From a virus, in the IMG/VR virus record IMGVR_UViG_3300027754_005796, positions 64,001-128,000 of that record: a stretch of 64,000 nucleotides of DNA; one strand, 5' to 3'. The notes below the pieces were generated by a model. That model ran no database searches. It saw nothing but the letters and a program-made list of their open reading frames with translations, and was not told the origin of the DNA. A program made the translations under genes and the position numbers. Positions 29,956 to 39,152 of this stretch are shown here, piece after piece (positions within the stretch are counted from its first letter, which is position 1; each line of letters begins with the position of its first letter).

Positions 29956-30680
29956 CAGTAGTGGTCCTTATAATTGTGGAGGATTTCAATATTATCAGGT
30001 AAAGATGCTATGTCAAATGGCATCACTAAAGGAAAGTTATTGTAGAGTTTGTCGTTTTGCACTAAGGTTTTGCCACAAAGCATGTAAAACACGCACATCA
30101 TGCAATCCATCCATCCAATGGTTTTATAAATGCGTTGTTGGATAAAGTCAAAATTCGTTTTAAGAAAATGTCGCACATGAAAATAATTTTCAACGAATGT
30201 TTTGGTTTTGAAGATTGATCCACCACCTGTGGTGTAGTAGTCGTGAATCGGCTTTACTCCTGAAAAAGTGTGCATGATGTTTAAAAATTCTGGTGGCATC
30301 TGTGGTACTTGCCCCTCATAAAGCCGCATTTGGCCGACGCATTCCCATTCTGGTTGGAGAGTGACGGGCCTCATTAGAATAATATCATCTTCCAGCATCA
30401 TGAAAAACTCAGTATTGAGAAGCGTGACTCCTCTGTACATCCGATCCAACCATTCAATAATTTGATTTTTGTTCCAGCCCCATTCTGTCGTTGGATATCC
30501 GATAGTTGTTGTGTTATGGTGATAAAGAACATTAAGTTCTTTACACATATCTGTGAAGTCGAAACCATTGTCGCACGAAATTACAATTGGATTGTCGGGA
30601 TAAATTTTACGAACACTCTCAAGGCATCCACGAGTGGCCTTGGGTTTTGTGTTCACATGGTTATAAAAGCCTAATTGCAT
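29955..30680 (-). CDS. GT-A fold glycosyltransferase
   Basis: VRKIYP..PIVISCDNG, MMLEDD, GGGSIF. Confidence 0.65.
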   Translation of the reverse strand: MQLGFYNHVNTKPKATRGCLESVRKIYPDNPIVISCDNGFDFTDMCKELNVLYHHNTTTIGYPTTEWGWNKNQIIEWLDRMYRGVTLLNTEFFMMLEDDIILMRPVTLQPEWECVGQMRLYEGQVPQMPPEFLNIMHTFSGVKPIHDYYTTGGGSIFKTKTFVENYFHVRHFLKTNFDFIQQRIYKTIGWMDCMMCVFYMLCGKTLVQNDKLYNNFPLVMPFDIASLPDNIEILHNYKDHY

Positions 30681-30696
30681 GGAATATTTCCTTTAA

Positions 30697-31272
30697 CTAT
30701 TTTTTCCAAATAGCAAATATATTGCTGTCGGTGTGTTTTGTATGGTTTGAATTATACTGATGTGTAAATGCGTGATCTTTGCAAAAGTTTTTGAATAGAT
30801 CGACAAAACTTGGATCTTGTATGTCTTCTATGACCAATACTCCACCATTTTTCAATTTGGGTAAATAAAGATCCAAGCATTTGATTTGGTGTTCGACAAG
30901 ATGCGATCCATCATCTATAATGATGTCAAATTCTGGAAGTCCTTGCGCAAAAACATTTTGATAAGCATCTGCTGCAAAAATGTAGCAATTTTTAATATTT
31001 TTGTGCACATCTTCGACGGAATCTTGTATGTCAACGCCATAGATTTCCGCTAATGGAAAGTAGTCTCTCCAAAGAGCAAGGCTGCTCCCGGCAGCAATTC
31101 CTATTTCAAGAAGTTTAATTCTTTTGTTGTGAAATTTAAAAAAGCAAGGATCGTAAAAGGTTGAGCAGTATTGATGCCTAGACTCTTTGTCACAGCCTAC
31201 ATGATTTTCGGTTTTGTAGTTTTCATTAGCCAGCAAAAGCTCCACAAGAGTCACATCAACCTCTCTTTCCAA
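30697..31272 (-). CDS. Class I SAM (sugar O-) methyltransferase
   Basis: LLEIGIAAGSS, WRDYF, FDIIIDDGSH, GGVLVIED. Confidence 0.88.
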   Translation of the reverse strand: MEREVDVTLVELLLANENYKTENHVGCDKESRHQYCSTFYDPCFFKFHNKRIKLLEIGIAAGSSLALWRDYFPLAEIYGVDIQDSVEDVHKNIKNCYIFAADAYQNVFAQGLPEFDIIIDDGSHLVEHQIKCLDLYLPKLKNGGVLVIEDIQDPSFVDLFKNFCKDHAFTHQYNSNHTKHTDSNIFAIWKK

Positions 31273-31315
31273 ATTTTTGGAGTGAGTTTGTTCATGATTT
31301 CAATGTATTCGACAC

Positions 31316-32317
31316 TCACAGCAATCTATCCTTCCAAACTTTCGGCGTTAGATCATTTTGAATTTCGAGAGGGTATGTGTAGTCAAATTCCTTTACGCCA
31401 CGATTTTTGATATATTTTATTGTTTCTTCAACTCCTGTTGAAAGTAAAGTTTTAGTTTCATAGCCCAAATACTTTTTGGCTTTGTCGCTGCTGCAAGTTG
31501 CATATTTAACTTCTCTTGGACGATCAGGCATGTATATGGCCGTGCCTTGAAAACCGGTTTTTTCCATAATTATTTTTGCTAGTTCGTTAATTGTGGTCGC
31601 TTCTTCGTCTGGTCCTATATTGAAGATATCATTTTTTATATTATTGTTAAAAGCTAATTGTTCCAAACAATATACACAATCATCAATATAGGAGAAGCAG
31701 CGCATTTGATTGCCATCTCCATAGATGATCGGAGGCTTTCCTTGCAGGCACCTGTTGATCATAATACTCATAACATTTCTAAAAGGATCGTCGTACCTTT
31801 GTCGAGGTCCTACGATGTTGTGAGGCACAGCAATATTCCATTCAATTCCGTTGAGATTGCAAAGATTCTTAAGAACATCTTCTCCAGCAACTTTGGCTAT
31901 TCCGTATGGGTCTACGGGAGCAGGATTCATGCTTTCTGAAAAAGGATGTGCTTGTGATCCATATCTTGCCATTGATGAGCAATAAACAATCTTTTTTACT
32001 TTGTTTTGAATTGATGCTGAAATCACACTTACAGTAGCTTGAAAAACATTTTTGGTGATAAAGTTGGGACTAAATACAGACAGTCCTTCATGAGCGGTCG
32101 CAGCAGCATGATAGACAATATCACAATCTTTTATTGTGTTTGTCATATTTTCTAAATCACAACAATCAATGGCGTGAAACTTTACACCTTGAGGGACATT
32201 GTCTACATATCCCCCGATCAAATTGTCATTGCCTACGACCTCGTGTCCCAGAGCAATCATGCGGTCGGCTAAATGACTTCCCAAGAAACCTGCTACGCCT
32301 GTTATAAAAACCTTCAT
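31316..32317 (-). CDS. NAD-dependent nucleotide-sugar epimerase/dehydratase
   Basis: ITGVAGFLGS, SSMARYG, PYGIAK, IYGDGNQMRCFSY. Confidence 0.92.
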   Translation of the reverse strand: MKVFITGVAGFLGSHLADRMIALGHEVVGNDNLIGGYVDNVPQGVKFHAIDCCDLENMTNTIKDCDIVYHAAATAHEGLSVFSPNFITKNVFQATVSVISASIQNKVKKIVYCSSMARYGSQAHPFSESMNPAPVDPYGIAKVAGEDVLKNLCNLNGIEWNIAVPHNIVGPRQRYDDPFRNVMSIMINRCLQGKPPIIYGDGNQMRCFSYIDDCVYCLEQLAFNNNIKNDIFNIGPDEEATTINELAKIIMEKTGFQGTAIYMPDRPREVKYATCSSDKAKKYLGYETKTLLSTGVEETIKYIKNRGVKEFDYTYPLEIQNDLTPKVWKDRLL

Positions 32318-33303
32318 TTAAGAAAAACCTCGTTAAACTTTTTCATCACTTTTACTGGCGTATACTCCTTGAAGCAGTTCCAGTCTTTGTTGACAATTTC
32401 TTTTTTTTCTATATTCATCAAGATATTCAACAATTGTTCGTGATTATCATAGTAGATGCCTTTTTTTCCTAGCGTTAAAATGTGGTTTTTGCCCGGATGT
32501 TCCCACCAAAAGTCATAAAACTTTTCCGTGTAATTGTATCTAAGAGTGTCTTTGAGGCTGTAGGTGATTACTGGTTTATTTTTGCTTGAAAACTCACCGA
32601 TTGCCAAGCCGAAGGTTTCTCCCATGCTCCTTGCGTGCAGCATCACATCGCAAGTGTTGATAAAACGCACTTTTTCGTATGGATCGTAAGAGACAGGTAA
32701 AAAAACTACATTAGGTTCAGAACAAAAAGGTTCTTGATTCATGAATAGGAAAAAAGCGTCTTTTCTTGTTCTGGCACATTGAATGACAGCTTTTTGGGCA
32801 AACTCGATTTCAAAGTTTCTGCCACCGTACCATCCAAAAACAAATTTGTCGTGAACTTTAAAATAGTCTTTGTAATTTGCTCCATCGTTCGGCAAATTAA
32901 TCATATGGGGAACAAATGGTGATTTTTGTCCATATTCACGGGACAACCATTCAGAAACATACGCATAAACATCACCATGAGGTTCATAGGAAGGAAAAAC
33001 CACATGGACGCAATTAAAGATTTTTTCTAAGACTATTCCGTCATTGAATCCGTATTTGAGCGTGTAGAAATATTGACATTCCAGTTGATTAGCAATCTTT
33101 TGAATTTCGTTCATGTTTTCCGACATCAAAGTTTCAAATCTTTTAGCAAACTTTTTGTAGTTTGTGTTTTCGCCTTTTTTACTTCCGACAATAAAAGATT
33201 GATTTTCAAGAATGGTCTCGTTGTAGTCGGCGTAGTCATAAATCGCAGAACTGGTCCCACGCTCGTTCATGTTGGGGTCATAAAACAGCACTCTCTTTGA
33301 CAT
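32314..33303 (-). CDS. GT-B glycosyltransferase
   Basis: ERGT..AIYDYA, CDVMLHARSMGETFGLAIGEF. Confidence 0.82.
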   Translation of the reverse strand: MSKRVLFYDPNMNERGTSSAIYDYADYNETILENQSFIVGSKKGENTNYKKFAKRFETLMSENMNEIQKIANQLECQYFYTLKYGFNDGIVLEKIFNCVHVVFPSYEPHGDVYAYVSEWLSREYGQKSPFVPHMINLPNDGANYKDYFKVHDKFVFGWYGGRNFEIEFAQKAVIQCARTRKDAFFLFMNQEPFCSEPNVVFLPVSYDPYEKVRFINTCDVMLHARSMGETFGLAIGEFSSKNKPVITYSLKDTLRYNYTEKFYDFWWEHPGKNHILTLGKKGIYYDNHEQLLNILMNIEKKEIVNKDWNCFKEYTPVKVMKKFNEVFLK

Positions 33304-33417
33304 TTTTAGACTCTTTTGGAATTGTTTTTGCTTTAATTCAAGGCTTAGATCGATCCTTTCAAGGCGGAAAGATTATATACCTATGAACGGATTTTCTTTA
33401 TTCTATAGGAGTAAAAA

Positions 33418-34119
33418 ATGGAAAACAAAAACGAAATTGAAGCACAAGGTATGCTTATTCACAATAACCCTTTTCAACAAGTGTCAATTGGAGACACCAC
33501 GATTAACTGGGTTGCTAGTGATGGTGATCCTACCGATGTGAGCGATGCTGTGCTCCAAGGAAATCAAGGGGCCGCTTACTTTGACGATATCGATCAAGGA
33601 GTTGTTTTGACTCCTGCCGCAGATGCAAAGGCTGGTTATCTTTATTGGAATAGAGACTACGATTACACCAGAAGCATTCTAATTGCTGCCACAACCCGTG
33701 CTGGTGGTGGAGATGGTGCTGATGGCATCACCATTTTCTTTGGTGGCGATGATGTATCAAGTATTGACAGCAATGAAGGTGGCATTTCTATTTATATCGA
33801 TGAGTATAATGCCGATGTCATCAAAATATTTAAGTCAGGTTCTCTACTTAATAGTCAGAGTTACCTTGCTCTAAAAACTTTGGATGACAACACTTACAAC
33901 AATTGGGAAGTTGTTTACGAGTATAAAGACTCAGCTAGTATCATCCTTCATCTCAAGATGAATGGCAATTATGTTTTCCGTAAAAACATTGCCACATGGA
34001 CACCAAATGGAACTTTTATTGGTATTTCTGGTGTTTGTGGCAGTAATAACAATGTCCACAGCGTAAAGGCATTCCAAGTGAAAAGTGCAAATGTTTGGCT
34101 TGCTACCAACAAATATTAA
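33418..34119 (+). CDS. L-type (legume) lectin-like domain protein
   Basis: VVLTPA....AG, GGGDGADGITIFF, FIGISGVCGSNNNVH. Confidence 0.72.
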   Translation: MENKNEIEAQGMLIHNNPFQQVSIGDTTINWVASDGDPTDVSDAVLQGNQGAAYFDDIDQGVVLTPAADAKAGYLYWNRDYDYTRSILIAATTRAGGGDGADGITIFFGGDDVSSIDSNEGGISIYIDEYNADVIKIFKSGSLLNSQSYLALKTLDDNTYNNWEVVYEYKDSASIILHLKMNGNYVFRKNIATWTPNGTFIGISGVCGSNNNVHSVKAFQVKSANVWLATNKY

Positions 34120-34140
34120 GATTTATACCAAATTACACAG

Positions 34141-34169
34141 AACCCGCTGATTAAATCGGCGGGTTTTTT
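34141..34169 (+). terminator. Intrinsic terminator
   Basis: AACCCGCTGA..TCGGCGGGTT followed by T-run. Confidence 0.85.
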
Positions 34170-34181
34170 CGTAGATATTTC

Positions 34182-34295
34182 AGAGCATTCGTGCTTCGAC
34201 ACGCCAAAGACAACCAGAGAAGTTAAGGACGACAAACCCTAAGTTGCGAGGAGCTTCGGCTCATTGCAATCTGGTCGAGGCGGTCCATTTTTTTT
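34182..34295 (+). ncRNA. Unassigned ~105-nt structured RNA
   Basis: TAGATA upstream, two UUCG tetraloops, nested helices, 3' T8. Confidence 0.55.
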
Positions 34296-34307
34296 CGATA
34301 TAAGTTA

Positions 34308-34429
34308 CTCTGTTATCACAAGGTCGGTCAGGTAATGGATGGCGTTTTTATCGTTTCCTGCCACGGTATCTGTTTAACACTCAGGCGAAGATTAACGATG
34401 TCAGCCGGTGTACGACCTCTTTAACAGAG
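34308..34429. ncRNA. Unassigned ~120-nt long imperfect hairpin
   Basis: CTCTGTTA/TAACAGAG, AGGTCG/CGACCT, ATCGTT/AACGAT, CCTG/CAGG nested. Confidence 0.45.
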
Positions 34430-34435
34430 ACATTT

Positions 34436-35131
34436 ATGATAGACATCGATTATTGGTTGAAACAGCAAATTGATGCTAATGGCGATATTTCTCAACATTT
34501 GTTGACACTTAAAAAATATGCGGAGAAATGCGATACTGTTACAGAGCTAGGTTGTAGATTTGGTTCAAGTACGGTGGCTTTTTTATCGGCCAAACCCAAA
34601 AGACTGCATAGTTTTGATCTTTTTCATTTTGCCAAACTCGTAAATCCCGTACCACCCATTGAGGAGGCAGCGGAGCAAGAGGGGATAGAATATAGATTTT
34701 ACGAGGAAAATGTTTTAATTAGTCAAAACATAGTTGATACCGATCTTTTATTTATTGACACTCTTCATACCTATAAGCAGTTGAGCATGGAATTTTTTTT
34801 GCACGCACACAAAGCAAAAAAATATATAATATTACATGATGTTTTTTTATTCGGACACAGTAATCAATTTTTTCTTGAGCATGAAAGTTTTTTTGAGAAT
34901 AAACTTGTTGATAACCACGAGTGTTTGAGTGGCGTTGCAGAGTCTTTTTCTAAAAATCTTCAGGATCGCCAAGGACTCATGCCAGCGATTCATGAATTTC
35001 TGGCATCACACCCTGAATGGAAAATGATTGACTTGAATGTGTTTAACAATGGATTGATGGTTTTGGGTCGTCGTGGCCACACCGATGTTTATCACGGTTT
35101 TTCAAATGATTTTTTGGAAGTCAACAAATGA
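34436..35131 (+). CDS. Methyltransf_24-like methyltransferase
   Basis: DISQHL, VTELGCRFGSST, TDLLFIDTLHTY, IILHD, NNGLMVL. Confidence 0.85.
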   Translation: MIDIDYWLKQQIDANGDISQHLLTLKKYAEKCDTVTELGCRFGSSTVAFLSAKPKRLHSFDLFHFAKLVNPVPPIEEAAEQEGIEYRFYEENVLISQNIVDTDLLFIDTLHTYKQLSMEFFLHAHKAKKYIILHDVFLFGHSNQFFLEHESFFENKLVDNHECLSGVAESFSKNLQDRQGLMPAIHEFLASHPEWKMIDLNVFNNGLMVLGRRGHTDVYHGFSNDFLEVNK

Positions 35132-35793
35132 TCGATGTCATAGTTTTAACTTATACCAAAAACTTGCACTTTTATGGTTTAACTTGCAGGACTATCAACA
35201 GTCTTCTTGCAAACAATCAACTTGATTTCAATATCATTGTTGTGGAAACAAATAAAACTGATACAACATATCCTTACCCTAATTGCACAGTTTTAGTTCC
35301 TACTGAAGAATTTAACTACAATAAGTTTTTGAATATTGCTTTACAATTTTGCAAAAATAAGTATGTTTTGATTTGCAACAATGATTTATATTTCGCTCAG
35401 AATTCCGTGAAAAATCTGATTGATGCTATGGAATTATACGATGTGCCCTCTGCATCTCCTCACGAACCCAATTGGCACGCATCAAGATTAACTGAGGAGG
35501 AAAAATCAAAAGAAATTGTTTATGGTTTTGAGGTTGAGAAAATTGTTACTGGTTGGTGCATCTGTATGCGCCGTGACCTGTTGCAAACAATTGGTTCTTT
35601 TGATGAATCATTTAAATTTTGGTATCAAGACGATGATTATGCGATGAGTTTGCAAAAACATGGACTGAAACACATCTTGGTAAATTCTTCGCATGTCTAT
35701 CATGAACTTTCTCAATCACATGGATTGATTGAAAACAAAGATGGGATGACCCACAATTTGAAAAAAATCTTTTTTGAAAAATGGCTCCAATAA
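35128..35793 (+). CDS. Family 2 glycosyltransferase
   Basis: FNYNKFLN, ICNNDL, FDESFKFWYQDDD. Confidence 0.85.
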   Translation: MIDVIVLTYTKNLHFYGLTCRTINSLLANNQLDFNIIVVETNKTDTTYPYPNCTVLVPTEEFNYNKFLNIALQFCKNKYVLICNNDLYFAQNSVKNLIDAMELYDVPSASPHEPNWHASRLTEEEKSKEIVYGFEVEKIVTGWCICMRRDLLQTIGSFDESFKFWYQDDDYAMSLQKHGLKHILVNSSHVYHELSQSHGLIENKDGMTHNLKKIFFEKWLQ

Positions 35794-35805
35794 CTCTGCT
35801 ACTGC

Positions 35806-36147
35806 ATGGTAAAGATTTGCCGTGCTTGCAAGGAAGAAAAAGGCATCGAGGAATTTCCACGCTTCTCAACTAGTGAGGCGGGCAGAAAGAATACTTGTAA
35901 AACTTGCACCAATCGATTGTCGGCTCTCAGGGCGCAACTCAAAAATCAAAATCCAGCACCTGAAGCAGGACCTTGTCCTATTTGCAAAAACTATACTGAG
36001 AACTGGATTTTAGACCATTGCCATTTTACGGATTGTTTCAGAGGATATATTTGCAATAGTTGTAATTTGGCTATAGGAAGATTCAATGATGATATAGAGA
36101 TTCTTGAAAATGCTATAAATTATCTTAAAATAAATTTAGTTTCTTGA
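35806..36147 (+). CDS. Endonuclease VII domain protein
   Basis: CPIC...LDHCH...FRGYICNSCNLAIG.FNDD...AINYL. Confidence 0.88.
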   Translation: MVKICRACKEEKGIEEFPRFSTSEAGRKNTCKTCTNRLSALRAQLKNQNPAPEAGPCPICKNYTENWILDHCHFTDCFRGYICNSCNLAIGRFNDDIEILENAINYLKINLVS

Positions 36148-36247
36148 GCAAGTTTTTTGGGTTATGGGAACAATCCCAATTTGAGTAAACATTCGACTGA
36201 ATTCATGTCATCTTATCTTGGAGTCATTCATCGCCAAGGAGTTTACA

Positions 36248-36556
36248 ATGAGTGCGGCAACTGTTGAAGAAACATCGACTACTACCAAGAAGCAGCCCCC
36301 ATATAATGTTGTTTTGCTCAATGATGATGATCATTCGGTAAAGTATGTAGTTAATATGTGCAGCAAGGTCTTCGGCTTTAATGAAAAGCGGGGCATCGAT
36401 GTTGCGACTGAAGTTCATTTTACAGGCAGATGTATTCTGTTCACGGGAAGTTTAGAAGTAGCAGAATTAAAACAAGAACAGGTGCACTCTTTTGGGGTAG
36501 ATCCCCTTGTTCCTAATTGCAAGGGCGGTATGACGGCAATAATTGAACAGGTATAA
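36248..36556 (+). CDS. clpS: ClpS adaptor
   Basis: PPYNVVLLNDDDHS..YVV, EVHFTGR, LEVAELK. Confidence 0.92.
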   Translation: MSAATVEETSTTTKKQPPYNVVLLNDDDHSVKYVVNMCSKVFGFNEKRGIDVATEVHFTGRCILFTGSLEVAELKQEQVHSFGVDPLVPNCKGGMTAIIEQV

Positions 36557-36560
36557 AAAA

Positions 36561-37334
36561 ATGGACCGCAACAAGTTTTTATCGCAAACCACAAACATAG
36601 GAGTTGATACTTACCAAAACAGGTCGAATCTTCTTGATCGTTTCGATTTTGTGCATAGCGAAGAGAGTGGCATTCGTTGCGAACATAGTTTTGCAGATGC
36701 GTATTACATGGCAGATTACATACTGAAAAATCAGTTCTTGCCCGGAAATCTTGCTGAGTTTGGTTGTTTCCAAGGTGGCATGACGATCAAACTCAGCCAT
36801 GTCGCTAAGCTTCTTGGCAAGAAGCTTTTTGTGTTTGATACATTCGAGGGATTGCCAGATTCGGCAGACTATGAACTGCATGACGGTGAAAACCTTTACC
36901 GTAGCGATGGAACCAAAGGATCAGAATTTTATAAAAACCAGTTCGCTTGTTCTCTCGACCAAGTCAAATCTAATATATCCACACATGGTTGTATAGATTC
37001 TTGCGTTTTCCTTAAAGGGTTGCTGGAGGAAACTCTTCCTCTTTTTCACGCAGAACTTTGTTTTGTTTTTATAGATGTCGATTTAATTGAGCCTGCAAGA
37101 TTCGTTGTGAAGCAACTTTGGAATAAAATGACTGGTCATGGCATTTTCACACATGAGGCATGTGTGGTTGAGTATATGAGGGCTATTTGTTGCAAAAAAT
37201 GGTGGCGTGAGAACTTTAGTCAGTATCCACCTAGTCTTGCAAGTCAAAAAATGCAGTATGGCTACGGTTTATTCAGTTCGCATTGCTTAGATTTTCTATT
37301 TAAAAAAGAAATAGATCAAGGAGTTTTTCATTGA
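36561..37334 (+). CDS. TylF/MycF-family O-methyltransferase
   Basis: AEFGCFQGG, FDTFEGLP, KGLLEETLP, FIDVDL. Confidence 0.85.
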   Translation: MDRNKFLSQTTNIGVDTYQNRSNLLDRFDFVHSEESGIRCEHSFADAYYMADYILKNQFLPGNLAEFGCFQGGMTIKLSHVAKLLGKKLFVFDTFEGLPDSADYELHDGENLYRSDGTKGSEFYKNQFACSLDQVKSNISTHGCIDSCVFLKGLLEETLPLFHAELCFVFIDVDLIEPARFVVKQLWNKMTGHGIFTHEACVVEYMRAICCKKWWRENFSQYPPSLASQKMQYGYGLFSSHCLDFLFKKEIDQGVFH

Positions 37335-38041
37335 TTAATCTCAGTTTGTCAAAGCAGCTAAAGACTCAATATACAAATGGTATCCCATTTCCTAATATTG
37401 TTATTGATAACTTTATCAATGATGATATTTTTTTGAGTAATGTTCTTGAGGATATCAAGAATTACGAAGGATGGGGTTATGATCATCTTACGGGAAAGCA
37501 TCAAGTCAACAAGTTCTTTAGTCCTTGGTGTTTGGATAATATCAAAAACATGCCAGCATCTGTTCTGAGCGTGTTGGAATATTTTAATTCTTATGAATTT
37601 TTGATGTTTCTTGAAGAATTAACAGGAATCCCCAACCTAATTGCCGATCCCACTTATGCAGGTGGAGGAATTCACAAAATTCTTCGTGATGGCAAATTAA
37701 GCGTCCATGCTGATTATTCACTTCACCCAGATTTTCCACATCTTCACAGAAGACTGAACTTATTGATTTATTTGAATAAAAATTGGGAAAAGGAATGGGG
37801 TGGTTCATTGCAGCTTTATGACATGCCCACTAAAAGTTTATTTCATGATATTTTACCCGTTTTTAATCGTGCTGTTATTTTTTCAACAACTACAGATGCT
37901 CTTCACGGACATCCTCATGCTTTAGCTTGCCCAGAGGATGAAGCCCGCTATTCTTTTGCCTTGTATTATTTCACATTGGAAAAGCCCGAGAAGGGGGCAG
38001 GTACTAATCTTTCGGCAACTTGGTATGAAATAAATTCCTAA
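37331..38041 (+). CDS. 2OG-Fe(II) oxygenase
   Basis: PFPNIVIDNF, GGGIH, VHAD, RRLNLLIYLN, WGG, HGHP, RYSFALYY. Confidence 0.9.
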   Translation: MINLSLSKQLKTQYTNGIPFPNIVIDNFINDDIFLSNVLEDIKNYEGWGYDHLTGKHQVNKFFSPWCLDNIKNMPASVLSVLEYFNSYEFLMFLEELTGIPNLIADPTYAGGGIHKILRDGKLSVHADYSLHPDFPHLHRRLNLLIYLNKNWEKEWGGSLQLYDMPTKSLFHDILPVFNRAVIFSTTTDALHGHPHALACPEDEARYSFALYYFTLEKPEKGAGTNLSATWYEINS

Positions 38042-38072
38042 ATGTCACGATTCTGTGTCATTTCCTATGAGA

Positions 38073-38270
38073 TCAAGTAGTATTTGCATTGCCACCATAT
38101 GGATCGGCGGGTTCGTGATGCTCAAGAATAATCGACCACTCTTCGACCACTCTCTTGCCTTTTTTGTAAAGGGCTGGATATGCTGACCCGTCTGTGTTTT
38201 CTACCCAGCGAATGCATATGTTTGCATCAATTTTTGTTTTTATTCCATTGATCAAAAGTTGATTTTTCAT
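38073..38270 (-). CDS. Hypothetical protein
   Basis: 65-aa ORF. Confidence 0.4.
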   Translation of the reverse strand: MKNQLLINGIKTKIDANICIRWVENTDGSAYPALYKKGKRVVEEWSIILEHHEPADPYGGNANTT

Positions 38271-38380
38271 TTTGAGATTTTAAATTAAATTACCCGAAAT
38301 TTGCTTTAGTCACTTTGGCATTATGCACATATTATAGCATCAAAAATATTTTTTGGTAGGACAATAATACATATAATAGT

Positions 38381-39148
38381 ATGTCCTACTATTGGTGTCT
38401 CATGTATAGAAGTAAAATCTGGTCTATTCCAACCGAAAAATTCAATGAACTTGTTTCAAACTCCACATCTATTGGTCAAATATTAAAGCATTTTGGACTT
38501 AGCAATAAAGGTGGGAATAGCAAGACGGTTCAGAGAAGGGCGCAAATTGAAAATATTGACATCTCACATATAAAGCTAGGTATTAATTCAAACAAAGGAA
38601 GAGTTTTTGGTCATAGAAAAAACCATGATGAAATTTTCAAGGAAAATTCGTCTACTTCAAGAGGAAGTATAAAAGCAAAATTAATAAAATATAACTTGAT
38701 ACCATATGTTTGTAAAATTTGTGGACTTGGAGATAAATGGAATGGTAAAGATATTGCATTACAACTAGATCATGAAAATGGAATTCCAAATGACAACAGA
38801 ATAAAAAATTTAAGGTTTTTGTGTCCTAATTGCCATAGTCAAACTGAAACATTTTCCGGCAAAAGAAATCATGAGTTTATCATTCGTAAAAACAAAGAAT
38901 TGTTAAACCTCAATTGTCAGTATTGCAATATTGTTTTTAAAACATCAAATAATAAGAAAAAATATTGTAGTAAAAGTTGTGTTTCAAAAAAAAGAAAAAA
39001 TAATATTTGTTTAGATAAAAAAACACTAGAGAAAGAAGTTGAGGTGTGCTCAAATATAAAAATTGGAGAAAAATATGGGGTTTCTGAAGCTACTGTAAGA
39101 AATTGGTTAAAGAAATTTGATATTGATCGTAAACAAAAAATTAAATAA
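38381..39148 (+). CDS. Free-standing HNH homing endonuclease with C-terminal HTH
   Basis: CKICG, LQLDHENG..NDNRIKNLRFLCPNCHSQT, IGEKYGVSEATVRNW; lower GC than flanks. Confidence 0.92.
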   Translation: MSYYWCLMYRSKIWSIPTEKFNELVSNSTSIGQILKHFGLSNKGGNSKTVQRRAQIENIDISHIKLGINSNKGRVFGHRKNHDEIFKENSSTSRGSIKAKLIKYNLIPYVCKICGLGDKWNGKDIALQLDHENGIPNDNRIKNLRFLCPNCHSQTETFSGKRNHEFIIRKNKELLNLNCQYCNIVFKTSNNKKKYCSKSCVSKKRKNNICLDKKTLEKEVEVCSNIKIGEKYGVSEATVRNWLKKFDIDRKQKIK

Positions 39149-39152
39149 GAAA

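Noticed and set aside
34209-34275. Hairpin ribozyme (CAACCAGAGAA matches the sTRSV sequence)
   Set aside because: No loop B partner (GUAUAUUAC) or correctly placed loop A on the same strand; likely a chance match.
34305-34345. SRP 4.5S RNA (TACTCTGTT...GGTCAGGT)
   Set aside because: Lacks the conserved helix 8 CCGGAAGGAAGCAG motif.
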